Shown here: one piece after another, positions 20,585-30,228 of the stretch | Position numbering within the stretch: the first letter of the stretch is position 1 | Layout of the letters: each line of letters begins with the position of its first letter | From: an uncultured candidatus Brocadiaceae bacterium | GTDB taxonomy: Bacteria; Planctomycetota; UBA1135; UBA2386 | Assembly: GCA_964392305.1 (NCBI GenBank) | Contig: CAYMPV010000008.1 | Span: 1-64,000, forward strand | Length of the DNA stretch: 64,000 nt | Reading direction: 5' to 3' | Translations under genes and position numbers: made by a program | Notes under the pieces: generated by a model | Databases searched by the model: none | What the model was told of the DNA's origin: nothing | The model's input: the letters and a program-made list of their open reading frames with translations, nothing else

Positions 20585-22852
20585 TCAGCGTTTGCCCTCG
20601 GTGGTGGCGTCAGGTTGCTCGAGGCGGGTGATCGCCGATCTGGCCCGTTGTGCCACCATCGAATTGTGCGGTGCGCGTTCGAGCAGCGCCCTCAGTGCGG
20701 GCAAGGAGCGGTCCTTGGCCTGCGGCACGTTACCGAGCAGTCGCGCCGCGGCGTAGCCGACTTCCTGGTCGGCGTCGTCGAGCGCCGCGATGGCGGCGTC
20801 GATGCAGCGCAGCGCCACGGCCTGGTCGTTGGCCACCTGGAAGAACGCGTGTTGTCGAACGGTGTGGTCCTCGTGCGTGAGCATCTGCTGCAGCATCGCG
20901 AACGCCGCAGCGTCATCGCGGTCGAAGTGCAGGCGCAGCATCCCGGCGTGCACGCGCACCTTGGGATGTTCGCTCACGAACGCGGCGTCGATGGTCGCGC
21001 GCGCCGGCGCCGCGACTTCTCGTTGGGCCCAGAGCGCGTAGACGATCCACTCCTGCAGCTCGGCGTTCGCCTCGGGGAACGCGGTGACCAGTGCCTCGAC
21101 GGCGCGTTCGCGCCCGGTCTTGCAGTGCGCGAGCAAGAACGCGGCGTTACGTGCCACCTCCGGGTCGGGGTCGGCGAGCAGCGGCAGCGCGAGCTCGAGC
21201 GAGAACGGACGCTGGTGGAAACCTCGCCTCGCCGCCTCGGTCGCGCGGCGGCGGATCGTGACGTCGGCGTTCGAGAGCAGCGTGTTCCAGATCTGCTCGG
21301 GCACAGGTGTCTTGCGGTCCAGTTCGAGCCAGTCGAGCTGCGCTGCCGCAGGCAGATCAGGCAGGCATGGCGCGAGTGCGGTGACGAGCGCGTCGAGGCC
21401 GTCGCGGCGTTGCATCGGTTGGCCTGCCTTGCGCAGCATGGCGAGCCACGAGGCGAGCTGCGCCGGGGCCTCGCTGGCCGCGCGCAGATGGGCTTCGAGC
21501 ACGGTCAGATCGACGTGTGCGAGGGCCTCGCGCAGGTACTGATCGCCGTGCGGAAGGGTGACCATGCGCGGCATCAGCGCAACGAGCGCCACAGGCATGC
21601 CCCGACGCATCGCCGAATACAGCGCGCTCGACGCGACGTCGCGGGTCGACTGCGTGCTCCTGAGCAGCCGATCCTGCAAGGAACCACCTTGTGCCTCGGG
21701 CTGCGTGGCGAGGTCGACGAGGGCCGGCCACAGCTCCTCGGGGGCGTCGCGCAGATCTTGCCAGGCCAACGTCTGCAGGGTGCTCAGGATCTTGCCCTGG
21801 TCCTGCGACCGCAGCTCGGCCAACGCCGCACGCGCGGCCACAGCGCCGTCGCGGCGCCGCAGCTTGTGCACGAGTTCGATCGTGTGCTGAACAGTCGTAT
21901 CGGCGTCGAGCGCATCCGGCAACGGCATCGGGAAGCCCCCTTGTCGCGCTCGCAACTGCACCCCGGCCAGCACCGCCGTTCGCCGCAAGCTCGCGTCGGC
22001 CGCCGTTTGCCATACCTGGATCGCCTGGGTGTCGACCAATCTGCCGGCGAGCGCGCGGCGCCGTGCTTCGGCTGGCAGGTCGTCGCTCGGCAGCATGCGC
22101 AGCGGCATCATTCCTTGCAGGCACCGCGTCGAGTAGATGCAGCGCAAGGTCAGCAGCAGGTCCTCGGCGCGCCGCTGCCACTCGGGCAGCAACGACAGCT
22201 CGAGCAGCGCTTCGGTGGCGGCGGTAGCGGCGTCATCGTCGACACACAGCAGCGCTTGCAGCGCGGGCCAGCGTCGTTCGTCAGGCCCCTTGCCCAAGCA
22301 CTCGAGCAACGCGGGCACCAGTTCGTGTGCGACCTCAGGCCGCTTGGGTGGTGCGCCCTCCGGAACTGGTCCGTCCGTGGCTGCGGCGAGTTTCTCGGCG
22401 AAACCACGCAGGTGACCTTGCCGCGGCGCGGTGGCGCGCGCACGGAGTTCCGGCACGAGCGGCGCCGCGGCAGGGCCCAGGCGCAACAGCAGGTCCTGGA
22501 CCTCGTTGCTGAGCGACACCTCGGGGTCACCGAGCAGCGGCAGAGCCCAACCGCAGCGCGCGTCGAACTCGCCGAAGGCCAGCATCAGCCCGGCCCCATG
22601 AAACAACGGATCGAGCACCGCACCGAGCAGCGCTTCGTGGGCGGCGGGACCGAGTTTGCGCAGTTCGGCAGCGGCGGCGTGGTTCTTCTCGACGAGCCGG
22701 CCGAGCAGCGTCGGCAGGCTGTTGTCGGGGAACTGCGCCAGCGTCGCCTCGAGGTCCGGTCGTTGCTGCGCACCGAGCGCCGCGCATGCGCAGAACACGA
22801 GGGAAGCGACTCTCCTGACAGGGCCGAGCATGGCCGGCATAGTAGCCGCCAT
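20585..22852 (-). CDS. exported HEAT-repeat protein (about 755 aa)
   Basis: Repeated HEAT/PBS-lyase-like units (…HEDHTVRQHAFFQV…, …DQEVGYAAARLLGNV…). Signal-peptide-like N-terminus MAATMPAMLGPVRRVASLVFCACAALGAQQ. Start set at the Met at 22852. The 5' 320 nt of the ORF-track version are probably non-coding. Confidence 0.65.
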   Translation of the reverse strand: MAATMPAMLGPVRRVASLVFCACAALGAQQRPDLEATLAQFPDNSLPTLLGRLVEKNHAAAAELRKLGPAAHEALLGAVLDPLFHGAGLMLAFGEFDARCGWALPLLGDPEVSLSNEVQDLLLRLGPAAAPLVPELRARATAPRQGHLRGFAEKLAAATDGPVPEGAPPKRPEVAHELVPALLECLGKGPDERRWPALQALLCVDDDAATAATEALLELSLLPEWQRRAEDLLLTLRCIYSTRCLQGMMPLRMLPSDDLPAEARRRALAGRLVDTQAIQVWQTAADASLRRTAVLAGVQLRARQGGFPMPLPDALDADTTVQHTIELVHKLRRRDGAVAARAALAELRSQDQGKILSTLQTLAWQDLRDAPEELWPALVDLATQPEAQGGSLQDRLLRSTQSTRDVASSALYSAMRRGMPVALVALMPRMVTLPHGDQYLREALAHVDLTVLEAHLRAASEAPAQLASWLAMLRKAGQPMQRRDGLDALVTALAPCLPDLPAAAQLDWLELDRKTPVPEQIWNTLLSNADVTIRRRATEAARRGFHQRPFSLELALPLLADPDPEVARNAAFLLAHCKTGRERAVEALVTAFPEANAELQEWIVYALWAQREVAAPARATIDAAFVSEHPKVRVHAGMLRLHFDRDDAAAFAMLQQMLTHEDHTVRQHAFFQVANDQAVALRCIDAAIAALDDADQEVGYAAARLLGNVPQAKDRSLPALRALLERAPHNSMVAQRARSAITRLEQPDATTEGKR

Positions 22853-25800
22853 GTCGCGGACAGGACCATGGTGCCGGTGTGTGGGGGAGGCCGTCTGCGG
22901 CCCGCTGCTCGCGGCGTTCGTGGCCACCCCACACCTCGCCGCCCAGGACGCGGCGGCGTGGCGCGCCCGGATCGCCGGCGAACCGGCGGTTGCGGTGCGG
23001 GCGCTCGCTGAGGTTCCTGAAGCAATGGCCTCGGCGGTCGCACTCGACGTTGTGGAACTGCTGCGCAACGGCGATGTCGGTGTGCGTAACGCGGCGATCG
23101 CATGGTTGCGCGGACACCCAGGACTTGCGGACGCGGTGTTGGGGCGCATCACCGAACTGCGCCGCGACGACGACATCGATACGGCGCGGGCGGCCGGTGC
23201 GGTCTATCGCGTGATGCTCACCCACCGCAGCGTGTCGATCGACGAACTGCGTGGACAGCTGCGCGACCCCAGCCGGTGGAGCGTCGCGCGGGAGACCTTG
23301 GTAAAGGCTCCGGAGCTGGCCTTCGCGCTGCTGCCGGAGCTGCTTCAGGTTCTGCCGCACCAAGATGTCGATCTCCTGCTCAGGCAGCTGATCGGTCTCG
23401 ACCCCGGCCGCGTCGAGGCCGCAATCGCCGTGGCGATCGACGCTGGGGGGAACACCGACGCGCTGGCCCCATGCCTCGAGGCCGCGAGTGCGGACTTGCG
23501 CAGGCACGCGGCCCGGCTCGATGCGTGGCGTCCCACGATGAACTCGCACCGGACCGGGGCCACGATCATCGCCCTGACGCGCCTGGTCGCGGCAGGCTTG
23601 CCGCCGCCGCCCCACTGGCTCGACGTGCTGCGGCGCGACGATGCGTTCTACAGTCGCCAGAAGCTGCTCTCCGAGCTCGGCAAGGGCGCCATTCCCGCGA
23701 CGCTGTGGCCCGAACTGTTGCCGCTTCTGGGCGATGATCAGGCGGGCCACCAGATCGCGTCGCTGCTACTCGCCGAAGGTCGTGGCGCCGTTGTGCATCG
23801 CGATGCCGTGCGCGCCGCGCTTGCTCGGGCGACGTCGCAGACGGTCGGTGCCATCGCCGATCTGGCAGCCCAGCTCGCGCCGGTGACGCGCGACTGCGCG
23901 CCGCTGCTGTTGCGGCACCTCACCATCGACCATGCGCCGACACAGCAAGGCCTGCTGCTGGCGCTCGGGGAGCTCGGCGACGGCTCCCCCGAGATCCTCG
24001 CGGCGATCGAGCGATATGCGCAGAACCAGGACGAAGGCGTGCGTCGCGCCGCGGTCGTCGCCCTGCGGCAACTCGGTGTGCGGCAGCCGTCTGGAGGCGA
24101 ACCAGTCACCACCGAGCAGTTGCTTCAGGAAGTAGTCGATGCCCCGTGGGACCGGGCGCTGCTCGCCGAGTTCGAACTCGCCTCCCGCGGCGTGTCACCG
24201 CATGTGGTGTGGGCAAAGGCGGTGTTGCGGCCCAAGGCGAACAACGACTGGCTGCAGTATCGCGCCCAGCGGGGACTCTTCTCGGACCTGCTGCGTCGCA
24301 TGGCGGACGTGCCGTGTCGAAGTGCCGGAGAGGTCGCGGCACTCGGGGATGGGCCTTGGCTGGCGGTCCAGGACCAGGTGCGTCGCCTCGACGTGCTCGC
24401 GCGCAGCGGCGACGCCGGGCACCGGTTGCTCGCCGAATGGCTCTACGCGGGTCAGGGTCCGCGCCACGTGCTCGAGGCGATTGCCGCGATCGGCCCACAG
24501 GGAGGCGGCTTGCGTTCCGAGGTCGAGCCGTTCGTGCACCACGATCAACTCGTCGTGCGCGACGCGGCGATGACGTGCCTGATGGCGATTGGCGGGTTAG
24601 ACGCCGTGTCGCGCGCTCGCGCGCTTGCCGATCCCTGGCCCCGCTATCGCAGGATTGCGTCCGGCAGCGACCTCGACGAACTGATCGCCTTCGTCACGGA
24701 CCTGGCTCAGCCTTCGCAGTTGCGCTCGCAAGCCCTCTTGCGCCTGGCTGCGATGGCTCGGAAGTCGCGGCCCGAGCAGAGGAGGTCGCTGTTCGATCTA
24801 CTTGCGGCGCCCGAGCCGCAGCTGCGGCGCGTCGCGGTGCAAGCATGCCAGTCCGACCCCGGAGCTTTGTACCTCGATGGTCGGCGCGGCGCGCTCGACC
24901 CGCGCGTGTTGCAGGCGTTCGCAGGCGGCGCGCGCGACGTGCGTGAGCCGATCGGGTTCTTGTTGCGGTCGAGTCTCGGTGTCGTCGTGACCGATGCGCG
25001 CCTCGCGAAGATGAGCCGGCCACTGGCAGACGCGGATGTGCTGGACGCGAGCTCACTCACGCAGCTGGCTCTGGAGTCGATGCGCAGCCGTGACAGTTCG
25101 CCGGCGTTGTTGCAGGCCATGTTGGCGACGAACCATCCGATGACCGACATCGTGCTGCGGGCGCAGGGCCAGAAGGCGCCGGCGGAGCTCGTGCCGCAGC
25201 TGATCGAACGGCTCTCGCGGTCAGGTGGGAACGCCGAGGTCCTGGCGACCGCCCTGTTGCCCTTTCCGGACGGGCGCGCCGCGGTGATCCGCAACGCCGA
25301 GAAGCTGCCTGATGCGCGTCGGCTGGCGCTACTGATCGCTGCCGGCGCCGACATGTTCGAGTTTCGTGACGAGATCGCGGTGCAGCTGCGCGCTGCCGCA
25401 ATCCAGTCGAGCAGCTCCAAGGACTTCGACGCCGTCGCGAAGCTGCCGTGGCGCACGCGCACCGCGGAGCTCACCGAGATCGCCGAACTCGTGCGCCAGC
25501 TGTGGCTGCAGAGCCCGACGCGGCGCACGCAGCTGCTGCCGCTGATCGGCGTGATGGGGGCGGCCGGTGACTTCGCCACCGACGATCTCGTCGGCATGCT
25601 GCGCGGCGGCGGCAAGGAAGCCGAACTCGCCGCGGAGGCGTTGCTCACCCTCGGTCACGCCGAGCCCGTGAACGGCTGGCTGCGGGAGTTGGCGACGATG
25701 CCCGTGCGGCACTCCACGTTCGGCCCCGCGTTGCAGTTCGCCATGGGCGAGGTGGTCGCCGAGCTCGCCGCCGAGGCCCCGGACGAGCAGCTCCCGCAAC

Positions 25801-26948
25801 TGTTCGCGCACGTCCGCGACGACCAGCACCTGTCGGTGCGCGCGCGAACCGAGCTGAACCTGCGGCTGCTCGCGCTCGCGGAGGCACAGGGGATGCCGGC
25901 TTTCGCGCGCATCGGCTGGCGACGCGGCGAGCTCGACGCCGCGGCCGAGCCGGCGTTCGCCGCGTTCTTGAAGCGCCGCGCCAGGAACGGCGGTTTCGCC
26001 GACAGTCTCCAACAGCAGGTCGCGGGTCACCTGTTCGCCTCGTATCCGCGCCTGTGCCTCGACGCGGTGCGCGACGGTCTCGTCGCCGGCGCCGTCGTGA
26101 TCAATCGATGCGCCGAGCTGCACGACGTCAAACGCATCGCGGCCGTGGGCAACGACGTGCTGGACCTCGCCGCGCGCGGCCGCCACACCGGTGCTGGCGA
26201 GGCCGTCGGTCAGATGCTCGCGCACCTGCCGGATCCACCCGTCGCGAAGGTGATCGAACTGCTCGACGACGAGGAAGCTCGGCACTTCGCGTTGCGGGTA
26301 TTGCTGGGCCTGGGGCCCAAAGGGGCGCCCGCGCTCGACGCCGTCGAAGCGATCGCCGCCAGCGGCAACGATGGGGTGCGTTTCCTGGCGGCGAAGGTCC
26401 TGACCACGATCGGGCCCGGCGGCATCACGCGGCTCGGGGCGTTGCTGCGGCAATGGCCCGAGTTGGTCGGTGTGCTCGACGCCGTGTTGGCTTCGGGTGA
26501 CGCGGCTAACGTCAGCAGCGTCGCGAGCGTGTTGTTGTTGGTACCGTCAGAGCCCAACGAGGCGCGCGCCGGCGCGATCCGCAGTGCGATCGCGCGGCTG
26601 TCCGACAACAAGGCACGCGCGCTGTTGACGCTGGCGCTGTTGCGCTTCGCCAACGAAGGACTCGATCGGGACTGGCTCGGCGTCGCCTCGCTCGAACCGC
26701 CGGTCGTGCGTCGCCTCGCGGTGGTCGGCATGCGCAGCGGCAAGTGCACGTTGCTGCAACTGGGTGTGCTCGCCGAACTGCTCGACGACCCCGATGCCGG
26801 CGTGCGCGCGGCCGCCGTCGAGGCCCTGTTGGCCGATCCCACGCACATCGCCGCGTGTCGTGTGCCGTTGCGCGATTACGCGTTGCGGCCCGATGCCGAT
26901 CCGGCTTGCGTCACCAGGATCGACGCGGCGCTCGGTGTCGGTCGGTGA
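22830..26948 (+). CDS. giant HEAT/ARM-repeat protein (about 1370 aa)
   Basis: Dozens of HEAT-like repeats (…DVGVRNAAIAWL…, …DEGVRRAAVVALRQLG…, …DAGVRAAAVEALLAD…). Start at ATG 22830 or 22851. Divergent from, and start-overlapping with, the previous HEAT gene. Confidence 0.65.
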   Translation: MAGIVAAMSRTGPWCRCVGEAVCGPLLAAFVATPHLAAQDAAAWRARIAGEPAVAVRALAEVPEAMASAVALDVVELLRNGDVGVRNAAIAWLRGHPGLADAVLGRITELRRDDDIDTARAAGAVYRVMLTHRSVSIDELRGQLRDPSRWSVARETLVKAPELAFALLPELLQVLPHQDVDLLLRQLIGLDPGRVEAAIAVAIDAGGNTDALAPCLEAASADLRRHAARLDAWRPTMNSHRTGATIIALTRLVAAGLPPPPHWLDVLRRDDAFYSRQKLLSELGKGAIPATLWPELLPLLGDDQAGHQIASLLLAEGRGAVVHRDAVRAALARATSQTVGAIADLAAQLAPVTRDCAPLLLRHLTIDHAPTQQGLLLALGELGDGSPEILAAIERYAQNQDEGVRRAAVVALRQLGVRQPSGGEPVTTEQLLQEVVDAPWDRALLAEFELASRGVSPHVVWAKAVLRPKANNDWLQYRAQRGLFSDLLRRMADVPCRSAGEVAALGDGPWLAVQDQVRRLDVLARSGDAGHRLLAEWLYAGQGPRHVLEAIAAIGPQGGGLRSEVEPFVHHDQLVVRDAAMTCLMAIGGLDAVSRARALADPWPRYRRIASGSDLDELIAFVTDLAQPSQLRSQALLRLAAMARKSRPEQRRSLFDLLAAPEPQLRRVAVQACQSDPGALYLDGRRGALDPRVLQAFAGGARDVREPIGFLLRSSLGVVVTDARLAKMSRPLADADVLDASSLTQLALESMRSRDSSPALLQAMLATNHPMTDIVLRAQGQKAPAELVPQLIERLSRSGGNAEVLATALLPFPDGRAAVIRNAEKLPDARRLALLIAAGADMFEFRDEIAVQLRAAAIQSSSSKDFDAVAKLPWRTRTAELTEIAELVRQLWLQSPTRRTQLLPLIGVMGAAGDFATDDLVGMLRGGGKEAELAAEALLTLGHAEPVNGWLRELATMPVRHSTFGPALQFAMGEVVAELAAEAPDEQLPQLFAHVRDDQHLSVRARTELNLRLLALAEAQGMPAFARIGWRRGELDAAAEPAFAAFLKRRARNGGFADSLQQQVAGHLFASYPRLCLDAVRDGLVAGAVVINRCAELHDVKRIAAVGNDVLDLAARGRHTGAGEAVGQMLAHLPDPPVAKVIELLDDEEARHFALRVLLGLGPKGAPALDAVEAIAASGNDGVRFLAAKVLTTIGPGGITRLGALLRQWPELVGVLDAVLASGDAANVSSVASVLLLVPSEPNEARAGAIRSAIARLSDNKARALLTLALLRFANEGLDRDWLGVASLEPPVVRRLAVVGMRSGKCTLLQLGVLAELLDDPDAGVRAAAVEALLADPTHIAACRVPLRDYALRPDADPACVTRIDAALGVGR

Positions 26949-27161
26949 TGTGGACCGGAACCGAGGTGATCCGCCTGAGAATGTGAACATCACATGTTAA
27001 AAAACCAAAGATCGGGACGGTGTTGGGCGACCGCCCCGCGGCGGCGGACCTCGAGGTGGGCGAAGCGACCGCGGTGCGCGAAGCGTTGATGCGACGGCCG
27101 CAGGCCACGCAGAGCGGATGGGTGAAACAGGTGCGCGATCGTTTTCTTCGTGTCCCCCGTT

Positions 27162-27199
27162 GACGAACCGGAAATGCCTGCTACCCTCCGCGCCCACCA
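27162..27199 (+). promoter_or_regulatory. sigma70-like promoter (TTGACG-17-TACCCT) inside the 1.1-kb intergenic island
   Basis: gttgacgaaccggaaatgcctgctaccctccg. It is followed by a 31-codon Cys-containing ORF (MNPWQQIQTMCNHERHLAVFACTVFARSGEL, about 27230-27325) and a terminator. Confidence 0.25.
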
Positions 27200-27337
27200 A
27201 TGAATCCCTGGCAGCAAATCCAAACCATGTGCAATCACGAACGCCACCTCGCGGTGTTCGCGTGCACGGTGTTCGCACGCAGTGGCGAACTGACCCCGAG
27301 GCTCGCGCGAGCCTGACCTCCCTGCCAGCCGGCGGGA

Positions 27338-27386
27338 GATCATCCCGCGACGAAGAGCCTCGCCCGGTGCGCCGCGCGAGGCTCTT
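27338..27386 (+). terminator. intrinsic terminator-like hairpin + T-tract
   Basis: GAAGAGCCTCGC-ccggtgcgccgc-GCGAGGCTCTTTTCGTTT. Confidence 0.4.
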
Positions 27387-27551
27387 TTCGTTTCCCCCTA
27401 CACATCTTCCCCGATCAACATCGAGGAATGCCTATGAACGTCTTCATCCAGCTTCTCCCATCCTGACGCCGTCCGTCGGCGCGTTCGCGGCCCATCGGGG
27501 TTCCGCGTGCGTGTTCCGCGACCCGGGTTCACCCGGTGTCACGTTGGGGAA

Positions 27552-27626
27552 GGTCTAATAGCTCAAAGGTAGAGCACAGGACTGCTAATCCTGAGGTTGC
27601 GGGTTCGAGTCCCGCTTGTGACCACC
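27552..27626 (+). tRNA. tRNA-like element / probable tRNA pseudogene (class-I cloverleaf, anticodon GCU, mispaired acceptor stem)
   Basis: Canonical D-arm TAGCTCAAAGGTAGAGC. Anticodon arm CAGGA-CTGCTAA-TCCTG. T-arm GCGGGTTCGAGTCCCGC. But the 5' GGTCTAA and 3' TTGTGACC acceptor strands do not pair well. The short variable loop is incompatible with a bacterial tRNA-Ser(GCU). Confidence 0.35.
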
Positions 27627-28066
27627 TGTTTTGTACAGGTCTTCCGGTCCTGCAGAGGACCACCAACGAGTGTCTGCCGGCGACGTCCAGGCATGAGCCT
27701 CCGCGGTGCGTGTTCTCGCGAACGCGCGCCCTGGAACTTCGAAACCACCTTGCACTCATTGCCCGGACCGTTGTTCCGGCGCGTTTGATGCGGCTCGCGG
27801 CCACCGCCCCCTCGGGGGACCGGTGCGTCTGCACACCGCCTCGCCGCGCCGCGCTCCGGTCCGGCGTCGGGTCCGTGTCGACGAAGGGGCCAGTGCCCTG
27901 GATCGAACCGGCAGGCACCACCTTCATTCACCAATTGTCCTTCTGCGGATTCCCCACACGGCAACGCAGCGCGAACGGAACGGCGCCGCGTGGTCTTTCT
28001 CGTCCTCGTTCCTGCCAATCGACTCGAAGAAACCGAATCGCACCTCCAAAGAGAAGGAGGCTTCCC

Positions 28067-29185
28067 ATGATCCGCACCTACATCAAGCAGCACGAGCTCG
28101 GTCTCGTGTTCCGTCGCGGCGACCTGATCAAGGTCCTCGCCCCTGGCTCGCACTTCGTCCCCGGTCTGTTCCTGCCCGCGTCGCAGCTGCAGATCGTCAA
28201 CACGCTCGTCACGCGCTTCGTGCACTCGTTGCTCGACGTGCTCGTCGCGCACCCGGCGCTGCGTGAGCACCTGATGGTCGTCGACAACCCGGAGGGGCAG
28301 CGCGCGCTCGTGTGGCGCGACGGCTGCTTGTTCGACTTCGTCGGCGCCGGGCGTTTCGCCTACTGGAAGACGCCGCACAAGTTGAAGGTCGAGACCTTCG
28401 ACGTGCGCGACACCGAGTTCCGGCACGAACAGCGCGACGCGATCCTCTCGACGGAGGCCGCGCGTGTGCACCTCAAGGCGATCGACGTCGACCCGCATGA
28501 GGCCCTGCTCGTGCGGCGCGGCGGCGAGCTGTTCGGTGTCTACGGCGCCGGTCGGCACGTCTTCTGGGCGCACGGGCAGCTGATCGGCTGGAAGGCCGTG
28601 GAGCTGCGCGAGCAGGTCGCGGACGTCGCCGGTCAGGAGATCATGACTGCGGACAAGGTCACGCTGCGTTTGAACCTCGTCGTGTCGTGGCGGATCACCG
28701 ATCCGGTGCGCGCCACCACCGTCGTCGACAACGCCGGCCTCGCCGTCTACCGCGAGGCGCAGCTCGCGCTGCGCGCCGCGGTGGGTGGGCGCACGCTCGA
28801 TCATCTGCTCGCCGACAAGGATCAGGTCGCCAACGAGATCCGCACCGCCGTCGCGCGGCGCGCGGAGCAGTTCGGCGTCGCTGTCGCGTCGGTCGGTATC
28901 CGTGACATCGTGTTGCCCGGCGAGATGAAGACGATCCTGAACCAGGTCATCGAGGCGCAGAAGCAGGCCGAAGCCAACCTGATCCGGCGCCGCGAGGAGA
29001 CCGCGGCGGCGCGCAGTCAGGCCAACACGGCGCGGCTGCTCGCCGAGAACCCGGTGCTGTTGCGGCTCAAGGAGCTCGAGGCGGTCGAGGCGATCGTGCG
29101 CGGGACCCGCGCGACGTTCGTCTTCGGCCCCGGCGAGCTCGCGCCGCAGGTGAAGAGCCTCGTTGCCGCCAAGGATGACGAGTGA
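28067..29185 (+). CDS. SPFH/band-7 (slipin/stomatin-like) protein
   Basis: Strong SD (GAAGGAGG) 6 nt upstream of the ATG. Band-7 core …GQEIMTADKVTLRLNLVVSWRITDPVRATTVV… followed by a coiled-coil tail. Confidence 0.8.
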   Translation: MIRTYIKQHELGLVFRRGDLIKVLAPGSHFVPGLFLPASQLQIVNTLVTRFVHSLLDVLVAHPALREHLMVVDNPEGQRALVWRDGCLFDFVGAGRFAYWKTPHKLKVETFDVRDTEFRHEQRDAILSTEAARVHLKAIDVDPHEALLVRRGGELFGVYGAGRHVFWAHGQLIGWKAVELREQVADVAGQEIMTADKVTLRLNLVVSWRITDPVRATTVVDNAGLAVYREAQLALRAAVGGRTLDHLLADKDQVANEIRTAVARRAEQFGVAVASVGIRDIVLPGEMKTILNQVIEAQKQAEANLIRRREETAAARSQANTARLLAENPVLLRLKELEAVEAIVRGTRATFVFGPGELAPQVKSLVAAKDDE

Positions 29186-29223
29186 GCCGTTGCCGCCGGC
29201 GGAGCGATCCGCCAGCGGCGTTC

Positions 29224-30135
29224 TCATGTTCCGCTCTCGGCCGCGCCCTCACCGTGCCACTCGGCGGTGAGTTCGAGCCACATCGCCAGGCCCTGGAACG
29301 GCGCGTAACGCGCATAACGCTTCCCGATCGCGCGGTCGCTCGGCGCCTTCTTCCTGCCGTCGAGCGCGGCGATGCGGGCGCGGCACCAGCTGTCGAGCGC
29401 GAGGTGTTCGTAGTGGCCGAGCAGGCGCATCGCCTGGCCGGCGGCGTACGGGCCGAAACCGCGCAGTGACGTGAGCCGCTGCCACAGTTCGGCCGCGGGC
29501 TGCGGCGTGAGGAAGGTGTCGTCGCCGAGGCGGCCCGCGGCGAAGTCCTCGGCGAGTTGCACAGCAGCCTCGGCGCGATACCCGGCGCGCACCACGTCGC
29601 GGTAGAAGTCCGCGTCGGCACGGCACTGTTCTGGTGACGGGAACGCGCGGCGGCCGCTCGGCGCGATCGAGCCGCGCGCGGCCACGAGCTTCCTGGTCAT
29701 CGCCTCGGTGCCGGTCCACGTCGTGTTGGTCGTGAACAGCAACTTCATGAGGTCCTCGAACACGCCCGCCGAACGCAGCAGCCGGCCGGCGCCGCGCCGC
29801 GCGGCCCAGCGCAGTTTGGGCTCCTGGCTACAGATCGCATGGAACGCGGCCAGATCGTCATCGAGCCGCAGCATGTGCGTGAGCTGCTTCCCGGCCAGGC
29901 GCACGCCCTGCGCGGGCAGGCGGCGATGCGCCTGCAGTTCGAGCGTCAACGTCCCGGCGTCGGTCTGCCGCAGCGTCGCGTCGACTGCCTGGTCGCCGAG
30001 CCGCAGCACCGTCGTGAACGTCTGCGTCGCCTCGTCGAACTCGTGCGGCGCGAGCGCGACCCAGCCGTGGCCGAACAGGCACAGGCGCAGGTCGAACGGT
30101 GTGTGCACCTTCAGCTCGCTGGTGTGCCTGGCCAT
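29224..30135 (-). CDS. HhH-GPD superfamily DNA glycosylase (AlkA/Ogg-like)
   Basis: AlkA_N-like N-terminus plus helix-hairpin-helix region with catalytic Asp context (…LRGFGPYAAGQAMRLL…HLALDSW…). Confidence 0.6.
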   Translation of the reverse strand: MARHTSELKVHTPFDLRLCLFGHGWVALAPHEFDEATQTFTTVLRLGDQAVDATLRQTDAGTLTLELQAHRRLPAQGVRLAGKQLTHMLRLDDDLAAFHAICSQEPKLRWAARRGAGRLLRSAGVFEDLMKLLFTTNTTWTGTEAMTRKLVAARGSIAPSGRRAFPSPEQCRADADFYRDVVRAGYRAEAAVQLAEDFAAGRLGDDTFLTPQPAAELWQRLTSLRGFGPYAAGQAMRLLGHYEHLALDSWCRARIAALDGRKKAPSDRAIGKRYARYAPFQGLAMWLELTAEWHGEGAAESGT

Positions 30136-30228
30136 GCGCTGCCAGTGAACTGCACGGCAAGTCGCGGTGCCATGGTCAGGATCCCGTCATCGTGCAGCGA
30201 AGACCCGGCCCGTCCCGATGAGGCGGAC

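Noticed and set aside
26970-27000. TGTGA-N3-TCACA palindrome as a CRP/FNR site or LexA box
   Set aside because: The spacing does not fit CRP (N6) or GAAC-N4-GTTC LexA boxes. Noted only as an AT-rich palindrome.
27552-27626. Calling this a functional tRNA-Ser(GCU) or tRNA-Sec for the selenoprotein
   Set aside because: The variable loop is short (class I) and the acceptor stem is mispaired. The anticodon is GCU, not UCA. It cannot be tRNA-Sec and is unlikely to be a functional tRNA-Ser.
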